Shown piece after piece: positions 1 to 11,118 of a stretch of 25,391 nucleotides of DNA. Below the pieces are notes generated by a model. That model was not told where the DNA came from and did no database searches. It saw only the letters and a program-made list of their open reading frames with translations. The stretch is from a candidate division WOR-3 bacterium (GTDB lineage: Bacteria > Hydrothermota > Tepidihabitantia > Tepidihabitantales > Tepidihabitantaceae): positions 1 through 25,391 of the forward strand of contig CBFGIT010000035.1 in the NCBI GenBank assembly GCA_965648905.1, read 5' to 3'. How positions within the stretch are numbered: position 1 is the stretch's first letter; every line of letters starts with the position of its first letter. The translations under genes and the position numbers were made by a program.

Positions 1-263
1 GGACCCAGACCGGTGCCGACCCCCCTGCCCATCCGCCCGCGCCTCCCCTTGCCCAACCCACCGCAGCACCCCTCAGCCCGGCAGGGAAGACGACACCAGA
101 GACCATCCGGACCACCCGGCTTGCCCGCAAGCGTCTGATAACGGCCGATTCCGCAAGTGTGCCGCATTCCGAAACCCACCAGACGACGGTCTACTCAGTC
201 AATCGGACCACCAACCGCGTGATCCCATCAAGTCCGAGGCTCACTATCGGGATTGAGGGCCGC

Positions 264-291
264 TTGACCTGGGTCCGTGGGCTTCTAGAAT
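264..291 (+). promoter_or_regulatory. sigma70-type promoter of uvrB (likely leaderless)
   Basis: TTGACC(264-269)-16 bp-TAGAAT(286-291); ATG follows after 6 nt; no SD. Confidence 0.75.
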
Positions 292-297
292 CTGCCT

Positions 298-2334
<2,037 letters not shown>

Positions 2335-2394
2335 TTTCGCACAGAGTCGGAATGCAGAAGTCAGAGCGGGCATCGACAGGCCAGCAGTCCGATT

Positions 2395-2430
2395 CCCTCT
2401 CCCGCTGGTGCGAGAAGAGCAGGGTGAGGG
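2395..2430. repeat. Degenerate REP-like element (CCCTCTCCC...GGGTGAGGG type)
   Basis: CCCTCTCCC-gctggtgc-GAGAAGAGC-AGGGTGAGGG resembles a widespread intergenic palindrome family, with a decayed stem. Confidence 0.4.
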
Positions 2431-2439
2431 CACAACTGT

Positions 2440-2467
2440 TTGACTTCGTGGCGATTTCAGGTAGAAC
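2440..2467 (+). promoter_or_regulatory. Putative promoter of the UbiA-family gene
   Basis: TTGACT(2440-2445)-16 bp-TAGAAC (imperfect -10); ATG 8 nt later. Confidence 0.5.
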
Positions 2468-2475
2468 TTAGCCCG

Positions 2476-3351
2476 ATGCTACGCTCCATCATCACGAGCA
2501 TGCGGCCGAGACAGTGGACCAAGAACGGCCTGGTCTTCGCCGCGCTCATCTTCTCGCGCAACCTGTTCAACCTGCTCGACGTACTGCGCTCGGTGGCGGC
2601 ATTCCTCGCGTTCTGCCTGCTGTCCGGTGCGGTCTACATCATCAACGACCTGGTGGATAGGAAGAACGACCAGAGCCATCCACAGAAGAAGCTGCGACCG
2701 ATTGCCTCGGGCCGGCTCAAGGTCTCGGCTGCGGTCGTCAGTGCGGTCGTTGCCGTTGTCCTGGCACTGGCCGTCGGGTTCTGGCTGGATGTGCGGTTCG
2801 GGATTGTCATCGTCGCCTACTTCGCGATGCAACTGGCGTACTCGTTCCGGCTGAAGCGGATTGTTGTGCTGGACGTGATGATTGTCGCAGCCGGGTTCGC
2901 GTTCCGGGCCGTGGCCGGGACGTTCGTCGTGCACGTTCAGATATCACCGTGGCTCTTTGTCTGCACGATTCTTCTGGCCCTGTTTCTGGCGATTGCCAAG
3001 CGCCGGCACGAGCTGATGTTCCTTGAAGGCGGCGGCATCTCCCATCGCAGCGTGCTCGGCAAGTACTCGGAGACGCTCCTAGACCAGATGATTGCCGTCG
3101 CGACGTCTTCGACCGTGGTGGCATACTGCCTTTACACGCTTGCGCCCGAGACGGTCGAGAAGTTCGGGACTCACAATCTCATCCTGACCGTGCCGTTCGT
3201 GCTCTACGGGGTCTTTCGGTACCTGTACCTGGTGTACCGCCGGGACCTGGGCGGAGCGCCGGAGCGCGTGCTCCTGACCGACGTTCCTCTGATTATCGAT
3301 ATCCTGCTTTACATGGGCAGCGTGGTGGCGATTCTCTACGTGCGGCTCTAG
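2476..3351 (+). CDS. UbiA-family polyprenyl(decaprenyl)-phosphate phosphoribosyltransferase
   Basis: MRPRQWTKN, YIINDLVD..D..HPQKKLRPIASG, KRRHEL, YG.FRY motifs; multi-pass membrane protein; start moved to ATG 2476 because the ORF-track TTG is the -35 box. Confidence 0.88.
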   Translation: MLRSIITSMRPRQWTKNGLVFAALIFSRNLFNLLDVLRSVAAFLAFCLLSGAVYIINDLVDRKNDQSHPQKKLRPIASGRLKVSAAVVSAVVAVVLALAVGFWLDVRFGIVIVAYFAMQLAYSFRLKRIVVLDVMIVAAGFAFRAVAGTFVVHVQISPWLFVCTILLALFLAIAKRRHELMFLEGGGISHRSVLGKYSETLLDQMIAVATSSTVVAYCLYTLAPETVEKFGTHNLILTVPFVLYGVFRYLYLVYRRDLGGAPERVLLTDVPLIIDILLYMGSVVAILYVRL

Positions 3352-5534
3352 GGCTGGCCCGGGCCGCTGCGTCGACGCCGCACCTGTTCGAGCAGTCCCA
3401 AAGCTTCGCGGTGACCAGGTGAACGTGCCAGAATCGCGTTCAGGTCCTGCTCGGCCGCGTCGAGGTTGCCGCCCATCATCCGAACATAGGCAAGCCGCAG
3501 CACCAAGTCCGGGACCGCGGGGAACCGGCGTGTGCCGGCCAGGAGCGCAGTCTCGGCCGCAGCGAAGTCACGGGTCTGATTCAGGGCCGCGGACACGTTG
3601 ACGTAGCCTTCGAAGTAGTCCGGTGCGTAGCGGACAACCTTGCCAAAGTGCACGGCAGCCGAGTCATATTGCCGACGTTGATAGTAGATACTGCCGAGCA
3701 ACTGGTGGGCGGTGATACACCAGTCGTCAATTGAGATGGCCCGGTACAGGTTCTCCAGTGCCGGCTCTTCCTGGTTCAGGCTGAGCTGAATCTGACCAAT
3801 CCACTCGTAGGCGTAGGCGAAGTCGGGCGGCGCAATCTGGTTGCAGCGTCGGAAGGTGGCCAGCGAGCTGTCGTACTTCTGTGGCCGAGCAAGGTTGATG
3901 CCAAGGTTGTAGAGGTCTACGAACTCAGGATTCACGCCGGGTGTCTCAATAGGCAGCGATTCGGCCCCGGGCCGGCGTTTGAACAGGACATCAGAATAGA
4001 TCTGCCCGCCTTCAACAACTGAGACCGGACAGGGAAAGTAGCCTTGGCGAAACCGCGTGCGCAGGAACAGAGCACGCTCGGCCGCAGCGCTGGGCTTGCC
4101 TCCGGTCGAAAAGTAGATGTAGACCGGGTTACGTTCGAGCACGTGCCGGGTGTTGTAGTTACGTTCCTTCCAGTAGACCCGCGGGCCCAGGATGTTCTCC
4201 GGCTCGTGGGCGACGATCGCATCGGTCAGGCCGAGCATGTCGACCAGGTTCCGGTCCGAAAAGTAGCCAACCGCGCCGATGGTCGTACAGCAGAACCAGT
4301 CCTGCTCGGACAGGTTGGCGTTGAGCCAGAGACCGGTCGCCTTCATCTTCTGAACCAGCCCCTTTTCAAGGTACTTGTTGTGGTTGATTTCCCGGCGCAC
4401 GCTCTTGCCGGGCGTGAACGGACCCCAGAAAGTCAGGACCGCAAGTCCGGATAGAATCGCCGGAACCACCGGCCGCGGTATCTTCAGGAGCCAGAGACCC
4501 TCGGCAAGGATGAAGTAGTACAGCAGATAGACCGGGACAAAGAACCGGTGGATGCGAAGGACGTCCCCGCCGACCGAAACCGTATACAGCGCGTGCACGA
4601 CAATGACCAGCAGGGCCAGTGAAAGCGCGGGCAGGGGCGCACGTGACCGGTACTTGACGACAACCGCCAGCGGGAACAGCAGACCCAGACCCCAGAAACC
4701 GTACGCCCGGTAGAAGCTGACCAGGTAGTCGATGCCTGACTTCAGGTACGATGAAGAGAGACCGGTCTTGGCGTAGAACGTGTTGGGAAAGAAATAGCCG
4801 TAGTAACCCAGACGCCAGACGTACAGTGGCGCGACCAGGACCACAAACGGCACGAGCAGGGCAAACGCACGACGCCAGGCTCGGCCGCCACTCGACATCT
4901 GACAGCCGATGACCGGGGCGAAGAGCCGGCGCAGGACAAAGTGCGCCACGACTAGTCCGAGGAAAAGCGCACCTTCAGGCCGGGTCAGAGCCGCGAGCCC
5001 GAGCAGCACCGAGGCCCCGATGGAACCGGACGTGGTTTCAGCACTGAGATAGACGTAGAGTCCGGCCGCAAAGAGCAGGCTGAACAGACCCGACTCCATT
5101 CCGCTCACGCACCAGTACGCAAACGAGCCGTTGGCCGCGAGCAGCAGCACGGCAAATGGCGTCAGGTTCGGCGGACCGGTCGAGTGCCTGCGCACGAGCA
5201 GAAAGAAAAGTATCAGCACGCCGATGCCGCAGATTACGCCGAGAATCTGGGAAAGCGGGATTATCGTGGTGAACGGAACGCCGGCAATTCCGAGCGCAGC
5301 CAGCAGCATCATCCAGAGAAAGTTCGTGTACCCCTCGACTCGCTCGCCGACGTTGAACACCGGCCCATGTCCGCGCGCGATGTTGCGGGTGTAGCGGTAG
5401 GTGATGTACGAGTCGTCCTGGAGAAACTGGGTCGACGACGAGTGCCAGACAAAGAGCCCGACCGCGACCACGAGAAGCACCCAGGGCAAGTACCGAGTGG
5501 CTGAGCCGGGCGCCGGACGCGAATCAGGTGGCAT
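3348..5534 (-). CDS. GT-C-type membrane glycosyltransferase (arabinofuranosyltransferase-like) fused to C-terminal TPRs
   Basis: DDSYITYRY..N..GHGPVFNVGERVEGYTNFLW, GMES, LTRPEG, PNTFYAK, DMLGLTD motifs; many TM segments; ~5 TPR-like units; ATG 5534 overlaps upstream stop (TGATG). Confidence 0.75.
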   Translation of the reverse strand: MPPDSRPAPGSATRYLPWVLLVVAVGLFVWHSSSTQFLQDDSYITYRYTRNIARGHGPVFNVGERVEGYTNFLWMMLLAALGIAGVPFTTIIPLSQILGVICGIGVLILFFLLVRRHSTGPPNLTPFAVLLLAANGSFAYWCVSGMESGLFSLLFAAGLYVYLSAETTSGSIGASVLLGLAALTRPEGALFLGLVVAHFVLRRLFAPVIGCQMSSGGRAWRRAFALLVPFVVLVAPLYVWRLGYYGYFFPNTFYAKTGLSSSYLKSGIDYLVSFYRAYGFWGLGLLFPLAVVVKYRSRAPLPALSLALLVIVVHALYTVSVGGDVLRIHRFFVPVYLLYYFILAEGLWLLKIPRPVVPAILSGLAVLTFWGPFTPGKSVRREINHNKYLEKGLVQKMKATGLWLNANLSEQDWFCCTTIGAVGYFSDRNLVDMLGLTDAIVAHEPENILGPRVYWKERNYNTRHVLERNPVYIYFSTGGKPSAAAERALFLRTRFRQGYFPCPVSVVEGGQIYSDVLFKRRPGAESLPIETPGVNPEFVDLYNLGINLARPQKYDSSLATFRRCNQIAPPDFAYAYEWIGQIQLSLNQEEPALENLYRAISIDDWCITAHQLLGSIYYQRRQYDSAAVHFGKVVRYAPDYFEGYVNVSAALNQTRDFAAAETALLAGTRRFPAVPDLVLRLAYVRMMGGNLDAAEQDLNAILARSPGHREALGLLEQVRRRRSGPGQP

Positions 5535-6625
5535 CAGACGCGCGGCAGCTCGCACTGGGCCAGCTTGCTCTTGCCACAGGCCGCCTTCTCACCGAACGGG
5601 CCCTGTCGGATGGCGGTCAGCTCGGCGCGAGCCTGATTCACGACCACCTCGGCGTCGGCCTTCCAGCCAAGCAGACCGGCCGCGGCGTGAGCGCCGGCCA
5701 GTCGGCCCTCGAGCATTGCGGTCGAGGCCTCTTCGATTCCGGAAACGTCTCCCGCCACGTAGACCCCGGGCTGGCTGGTCTGCAGATTCTCATCGTGCCA
5801 TGCGACGTTGCCGCCGAGCTCGGGCACGGATACCATTCGGCAGTCGAGCTGGTGCAGGATCTCGACCAAGGGCGTAAGGCCGACCGCGAGGCAGATGGAG
5901 TCGAGTCTGATTCGGCGCTCAGTCCCCGGTCTGGGCCTGAAGTCTGGGCCAACGCGGCAGATGGTTGCACCGGTCACGCGCTCCCGGCCGTGTGCGGCTC
6001 TCACTGTGTGCGAAGTCAGAATCGGCACGCCGAGCCGGGCGAGCTTGGCCGCGTGCACGTGATACCCGCCGACGCGGGGCAGGGCCTCGACCAGACACGC
6101 AACCTCAATCCCGGCCTGGATAAGCTGGTACGACACAATCAGGCCGATGTTACCTGAGCCAACCATGAGCACGCGACGACCAGGCCTGACCCCGAAGACG
6201 TTCATCAGGGTCTGCACCGCACCGGCTCCGTACACGCCGGGCAGGTCACAGCCTGGGAACGGAATCGTGTTCTCGGCTGCGCCGGTCGCGACGATGAGCG
6301 ACTTGAACCTGAGTTTCTCAAACCGCTCGCGCCCGGCAAGCCCGAGGATACGCCCCTCAAAGCAGCCGACGACCGACGTATCGAGCATCACGGCCGCGCC
6401 GGTTGAGCGCAGCTCGGCCTCCAGAATCGGCACGATGTCCATGCCGCGCGTGCCGCAGTGGTGGCTCCTGGACCCGAAGAACTTGTGAGTCTGCTTGATG
6501 AGCTGGCCCCCGAGCCTCGGGTTGTCGTCGACCAAGACGACCCGAGCCCCAAGTTGCGCGGCGGTTGTGGCCGCACATAGGCCGGCCGGGCCGCCGCCGA
6601 CCACGACGACATCAGTTTCCGTCAT
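5534..6625 (-). CDS. FAD/NAD(P)-dependent oxidoreductase (sarcosine oxidase / L-proline dehydrogenase alpha-like, HcnB-like)
   Basis: VVVVGGGPAG, GGQLIKQTHKFFGS, IVATGA, VGSGNIG, YVAGD motifs; ATG 6625 overlaps upstream stop (ATGA). Confidence 0.85.
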   Translation of the reverse strand: MTETDVVVVGGGPAGLCAATTAAQLGARVVLVDDNPRLGGQLIKQTHKFFGSRSHHCGTRGMDIVPILEAELRSTGAAVMLDTSVVGCFEGRILGLAGRERFEKLRFKSLIVATGAAENTIPFPGCDLPGVYGAGAVQTLMNVFGVRPGRRVLMVGSGNIGLIVSYQLIQAGIEVACLVEALPRVGGYHVHAAKLARLGVPILTSHTVRAAHGRERVTGATICRVGPDFRPRPGTERRIRLDSICLAVGLTPLVEILHQLDCRMVSVPELGGNVAWHDENLQTSQPGVYVAGDVSGIEEASTAMLEGRLAGAHAAAGLLGWKADAEVVVNQARAELTAIRQGPFGEKAACGKSKLAQCELPRV

Positions 6626-6921
6626 GGTAGTCGACCTCGGCCTTTCTGGCGCTCGACCCGCACGCCTGCGCGCAGCGGCTCCATGCAGACCATCGTGTTC
6701 GGCTGGCCGTCCACGACCATCAGGCACGACGAGCACTTGCCCACTGCACAGAAAAACCCGCGCGGCCGACCGAGCTTGTCGGTATGGCGGAACACGTCCA
6801 CGCCGTTGGCGACCAGGGCCGCGGCAATCGTCTCGCCCTCGTACCCCTCCATCTCCCGGCCCTCAAAAAGGAATCGCACCGGCCGGCCGCGTTCGAACGC
6901 GAGCACGGGATGAGTCGTCAT
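6622..6921 (-). CDS. 2Fe-2S ferredoxin-like protein (Fer2_4 / HcnA-like)
   Basis: EGETIAAAL, FCAVGKCSSC...C cysteine pattern; alternative start ATG 6954. Confidence 0.85.
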   Translation of the reverse strand: MTTHPVLAFERGRPVRFLFEGREMEGYEGETIAAALVANGVDVFRHTDKLGRPRGFFCAVGKCSSCLMVVDGQPNTMVCMEPLRAGVRVERQKGRGRLP

Positions 6922-6934
6922 CCGGCGGTTGGGC

Positions 6935-7711
6935 TTAGACGTGCGTTTGGGCATACTTGACCGCATTCTCAAATATGGCAATACCTTGCGGCTTTGTCAA
7001 TCTCTCCCGGTGCCAGCGCGGATGCTGCTCCCGGCGCACGAACCGCTCGGGATGGGGCATGAGGCCGAAGACCAGCCCGGTCCGGTCACAGATGCCGGCG
7101 ATGTCCCCTTCGGAACCGTTCGGATTCTCGGGGTAGGCCGGCGGCTCGCCGGAAAGGGCGGCATAGCGCAGGACCACCTGGCCCCGGTTAAGCCGGGTCA
7201 GCACTGCGGCCGACGAAACCAGGAACTTGCCTTCGGCATGGGCAACCGGCAGGTACATCAACGACTCGATGCCGCGCGTGAAGACGCAGGGCGAATCCTC
7301 GACTCTCAAGTGGACCCACCGGTCCTCGTACCGGCCCGAATCGTTCGTGTCAAGAGTGACACTCTGCGGTTCGAACAGACGCTCGAATCCGGGCAGCATC
7401 CCGCTCTTCACCAGCACTTGAAACCCATTGCAGATGCCGAGGATCGGCTTGCCCGCGGCGTGAAATGCCAGCAGGTCATCCTGCAGGTTGTGCTTCAGTT
7501 CGTTGGCCAGAATGCGACCTGAGCTGATGTAATCGCCGTATGAGAACCCTCCCGGGATGATGAGCACCTGGTAATCAGCCAGCCGGCGCTCGCGGCTCTT
7601 GAGCTGGTTGATGTGGACCGTTTCCGGGACTGAACCAGCCAGGCGGCAGGCCTCGGCGGTTTCTGAGTCACAGTTGGTGCCGGCAGCGAACAGGATACAG
7701 GCCTTAATCAC
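6935..7711 (-). CDS. purQ: Phosphoribosylformylglycinamidine synthase subunit I (glutaminase)
   Basis: GTNCD, PGGFSYGD, GICNGFQ, PVAHAEG, NPNGS, GLMPHPER. Confidence 0.96.
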   Translation of the reverse strand: MIKACILFAAGTNCDSETAEACRLAGSVPETVHINQLKSRERRLADYQVLIIPGGFSYGDYISSGRILANELKHNLQDDLLAFHAAGKPILGICNGFQVLVKSGMLPGFERLFEPQSVTLDTNDSGRYEDRWVHLRVEDSPCVFTRGIESLMYLPVAHAEGKFLVSSAAVLTRLNRGQVVLRYAALSGEPPAYPENPNGSEGDIAGICDRTGLVFGLMPHPERFVRREQHPRWHRERLTKPQGIAIFENAVKYAQTHV

Positions 7712-7720
7712 TTGGTGCTG

Positions 7721-7748
7721 AGAATAGCCGGGTCAAAGCGCGAGTCAA
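7721..7748 (-). promoter_or_regulatory. Promoter of purQ operon (very short leader)
   Basis: minus strand TTGACT-16 bp-TATTCT; GTG 9 nt downstream; no SD. Confidence 0.65.
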
Positions 7749-7778
7749 GCCGCGTTGCCTGACCCGATTCCGCCCGGC

Positions 7779-7806
7779 TTGACTGACCCGGCACTGTGGC
7801 TAGTAT
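7779..7806 (+). promoter_or_regulatory. Promoter of selC
   Basis: TTGACT-16 bp-TAGTAT, 10 nt before the tRNA. Confidence 0.75.
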
Positions 7807-7816
7807 CATTGCGCGC

Positions 7817-7911
7817 GGAGGTGTATGGGTGCTGGTGTACCTGGCGGACTTCAAATCCGTATGGTCTGCGACAAGTGGACCGGTAGGTTCGATTCCTACA
7901 CGCCTCCGCCA
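7817..7911 (+). tRNA. selC: tRNA-Sec (anticodon UCA)
   Basis: 95 nt; 8-bp acceptor GGAGGTGT/ACGCCTCC, 6-bp D stem with TGGT loop, anticodon TCA at 7851-7853, long variable arm, T arm GTAGG-TTCGATT-CCTAC, G discriminator and encoded CCA. Confidence 0.97.
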
Positions 7912-8090
7912 ATCTGCGTATCACTTCGCCATCCGGCACCCGACCCTGGTAATCCGGCACCGCGTCACGGTTGCTGGTTCGCCAGCCGCCGTCCTGCATT
8001 CTGCCTTGCCCCGGCTCTCCGCCCGCCAGCATCCAGCCTCTGACCTGGTCCGTGGCGCTTGCCCGGGCCGGTTCTGGGCCCTCCGCCGGC

Positions 8091-8118
8091 TTGACCACCG
8101 GCCTGGTCTAGCTAGTAT
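8091..8118 (+). promoter_or_regulatory. Promoter of 8125 gene (likely leaderless)
   Basis: TTGACC-16 bp-TAGTAT; GTG after 6 nt. Confidence 0.7.
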
Positions 8119-8124
8119 CTCTCC

Positions 8125-9570
8125 GTGCGACAGCGTCGTCCTGACTGGTCGTGCGGCGTGTTTGTTGCTCTGGTCGGCGTGGCTCACCTGGTGGCTCAGA
8201 TGCTGGCTTGGGTGAGCGGAGTGAGATTTGACGCGCGGCCGCTGGGCCGGTTCATGCAGTACCTCGACCCGGCGTTACTGCGCACCAGGCTGAGCGAGAG
8301 CCTGTTCTATCTGCACAGCCAGCCGCCTTTGTTCAATCTGTTTCTCGGACTTGTGCTTAAGCTCCATTCCGGCTGGCAGTTGCCTGTGTTCCAAGCGCTC
8401 TATCTGATGTTCGGAACTGTGACCGCAATCGCGGTGTTGATGCTGCAGTTAGAACTCGGGACCCCGCGGCCGGTGGCGCTCTTCACATCACTTGCGTTCG
8501 CGGTCAGTCCGGCGCTGCTGCTGTATTCAAACTGGCTGTCGTATTCACTGCCGGTAGCCGTTCTGCTTGCGCTGTCGGCGCTGTACCTGCATCGGTTTGT
8601 CGAAACCGGACGCGGCAGGTATGCGTTCGGGTTCTTCTCCGGAGCCGCGCTCGTCTGTCTGGCGCGCAGTTCGTACCATCTCGTCTGGTTCGTTCTCCTG
8701 GCTGCGGGTTTGTTCGCGGTCGTGTCCGGCCTCCGAAAGAAGGTAGTCCTGGCCGCGCTCCTGCCTTTGCTCGCCGTGCTCGCGGTGTACGCGAAGAATG
8801 CGGTCGTGTTCGGCAAGTTCAGCGGGTCATCTTGGCTCGGGATGAACGCCTGGGAGATGGCAGCGGACCAGTTGCCGCGCGCCGAGGTTGAGAGCTTGGC
8901 TGCCAAGGGTGAACTGTCACGGATTGCGCTCATCCCACGCTACGCTGACCCGCCCGAGTATCCGACTGAGTACTCAACCTGGGCTGGCCCACCGGTCCCA
9001 GCGTTGACACAACTGCGACGCTCCACCGGAGCAACGAACTACAATCATATCGTCTACTGCCGGGTCTCGGACGTCTACCTGCGCGACGCGCTCCGGCTCA
9101 TCGCGCTCCGGCCGGACGGGTACGCCCGAAGCCTGGTCAAGGCGTGGTTCGCGTACTTCAAGTCGAGCACAGACTATGTGCTGTTGGAGCCGAATCGAGA
9201 GCAACTGGCAGGCTGGAATCGGCTCTACGACACTATCGCGTACGGCCGCCTGCCGTATGACTTCAGCCGCACCGGCTGGCTCAAGGTCGTCTCCCCGCGC
9301 GGTCATTTCCTGTACCTGTTCCTGCTCGTCGGACTTCCTGTGCTGTTCGTGTTCGGTGTCCGGGAGGCGTTCAGTCGCAGCCGGCCGCTTGCAGAAAGGG
9401 TAACCATCGGTTTTCTGTGTTCTGCGTGCGGCTATGTCGCGCTTGTCGGCAACCTGCTGCAGGCGGGCGAGAACCACCGGTTCCGTCTTGAGACCGACCC
9501 GTTGAGCGTGGTGCTGCTCGGGCTCGCGGTCGGGCAGCTCTTGGCGCGCCGGCGCAGGACCGCGGACTAG
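8125..9570 (+). CDS. Polytopic membrane protein, probable GT-C (family 39/PMT-like) glycosyltransferase
   Basis: ~10-12 TM segments, first loop QYLD...YLHSQPPLFN, large periplasmic loop, late ENHRFR motif; family assignment by pattern only. Confidence 0.55.
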   Translation: MRQRRPDWSCGVFVALVGVAHLVAQMLAWVSGVRFDARPLGRFMQYLDPALLRTRLSESLFYLHSQPPLFNLFLGLVLKLHSGWQLPVFQALYLMFGTVTAIAVLMLQLELGTPRPVALFTSLAFAVSPALLLYSNWLSYSLPVAVLLALSALYLHRFVETGRGRYAFGFFSGAALVCLARSSYHLVWFVLLAAGLFAVVSGLRKKVVLAALLPLLAVLAVYAKNAVVFGKFSGSSWLGMNAWEMAADQLPRAEVESLAAKGELSRIALIPRYADPPEYPTEYSTWAGPPVPALTQLRRSTGATNYNHIVYCRVSDVYLRDALRLIALRPDGYARSLVKAWFAYFKSSTDYVLLEPNREQLAGWNRLYDTIAYGRLPYDFSRTGWLKVVSPRGHFLYLFLLVGLPVLFVFGVREAFSRSRPLAERVTIGFLCSACGYVALVGNLLQAGENHRFRLETDPLSVVLLGLAVGQLLARRRRTAD

Positions 9571-11075
9571 CGCGGTGTCAGGGTCGCGACCGGTACGACC
9601 ATCTCTTCGAGTGAGATGCCGCCGTGCTGGAACGTGTACTTGTAGGTCTTTTCGTACTCGCGCGGTTTGGTCGGGTAGATGAAGTAGTAGTCAGAGCGGG
9701 CAATCGCGTACTTGACGCCGAGATGGTCGGTCGGCAGCATGTAGTCTTCCGGCCGACTGACGAGCAGGGCGTCGCGTTCCTCGACCCGCAGGGCCGCACC
9801 GTGCTTGTAGCGCAGATTGGCCGAGATTTCGCGCGAGCCGTGAATCAGGGTCGGGCGTTTCACCCGGAGGAAGCCGTGGTCACTGGTGACGACGACCCGG
9901 CACTTCTGACGCGCCAAGGCTTTGAGGAACTCGAAGACCGGCGAGGAGGCAAACCAGACCCGGGTGAGGCCGACGAGCGCGGCATCGTCCGGGACGATTT
10001 CGTCGAGCAGGCGCGTGGTCCGGACCGAGTGAATCAGCAGGTCAAGGAAGTTGATGACGACCGACACGAACCTGAGATTGGAGTCGAGCAACTGAACCCG
10101 GGCAGCTTCGATCTCCTCGCCCCGCATCATCTTGAGGTAGGCGTGACGACCTTTGAACCCGATTCGCCTGAGATGCTCGGTCAGGAGTTCGGCTTCGTGG
10201 CGGTTCTGGCCGGTCTCGTCAAAGACCCAGTACTGGGGATACCGGCGCTGGATTTCCAGGGGCAGCAGTCCGCTGAAGATGGCGTTGCGGGCGTACGGTG
10301 TGGCTGACGGCAGAATCGAGCAGTAGTAGTCGCTCTTGATATCGAAGTGGTCGCGCAGCAGGGGGAACAGGGCTTCCCACTGGTCCACCCTCATCGAGTC
10401 GAAGACGATGAGATACACCGGCCCGTCCTGACAGTTTGGTCGGACATGACGTTCGATAAACTGATGGGACATGGTCGGCCCACTGCCGGAAAGCCAGGCA
10501 CGGTAGCTGTCCTCAACAAACCGGCCGAATTGAACGTTGGCTTCACGGCGGCGGTCAGTCTGCACCTCCTGGAGCGCGGCGTCAGCATGGCGACCCAGGA
10601 GCCGCTGCCAGTGGTTGAGGAATCGGTAGTGCTCGACCCAATCGGTCCAGGAGTCAAGCGGCCGCGGCTGATTGGCTGCGGACATGTATTCCTGAGCAAT
10701 CCGGTTACTGACCAGGGTCTTCTTCTCGAGCAGACGCTTGAGCGTTGCCAGCAGTTGCACCGGCGTGAACGGCTTGATGATGAAGTCATCGACCAGCTTA
10801 CCGAATGCTTCGTTAATCAGGGCTTCTTCGTCCGACTTGGTCACCATCGCCACAAGCAGATTCGGGTCAATCTCCTTGAGTCGCCTCAGAACTTCGAGCC
10901 CGTCCATGCCGGTCATGATCTCGTCAAGCAGAACCAGGTCGAAGTCACGTGTCCGGGCCCGGGCCAGGCCGTCCGGACCATTGGTCGCGGTGTCGACCTC
11001 GTAGCCTTTCTCCTGCAGCGCATAGACGAACGGTCGGAACATGTCGATTTCGTCGTCAATCCAGAGTATTCTCAA
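9567..11075 (-). CDS. porX: PorX-like response regulator: receiver domain plus PglZ (alkaline phosphatase superfamily) domain
   Basis: ILWIDDE..LLDEIMTGMDG..TKS..KP receiver; FDSMRVDQW, LPSATPYARNAIFSG, TSDHG, FQHGGISLEEM; TTG start at 11075 with AGGAG 6 nt upstream. Confidence 0.88.
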   Translation of the reverse strand: MRILWIDDEIDMFRPFVYALQEKGYEVDTATNGPDGLARARTRDFDLVLLDEIMTGMDGLEVLRRLKEIDPNLLVAMVTKSDEEALINEAFGKLVDDFIIKPFTPVQLLATLKRLLEKKTLVSNRIAQEYMSAANQPRPLDSWTDWVEHYRFLNHWQRLLGRHADAALQEVQTDRRREANVQFGRFVEDSYRAWLSGSGPTMSHQFIERHVRPNCQDGPVYLIVFDSMRVDQWEALFPLLRDHFDIKSDYYCSILPSATPYARNAIFSGLLPLEIQRRYPQYWVFDETGQNRHEAELLTEHLRRIGFKGRHAYLKMMRGEEIEAARVQLLDSNLRFVSVVINFLDLLIHSVRTTRLLDEIVPDDAALVGLTRVWFASSPVFEFLKALARQKCRVVVTSDHGFLRVKRPTLIHGSREISANLRYKHGAALRVEERDALLVSRPEDYMLPTDHLGVKYAIARSDYYFIYPTKPREYEKTYKYTFQHGGISLEEMVVPVATLTPR

Positions 11076-11118
11076 TGTCTTCTCCTGTGTGGTTGCGGTC
11101 AGAACCGAGTTGGTCTCG

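Noticed and set aside
7745..8215. Short ORFs across the selC region
   Set aside because: They overlap the tRNA-Sec gene and low-complexity repeats
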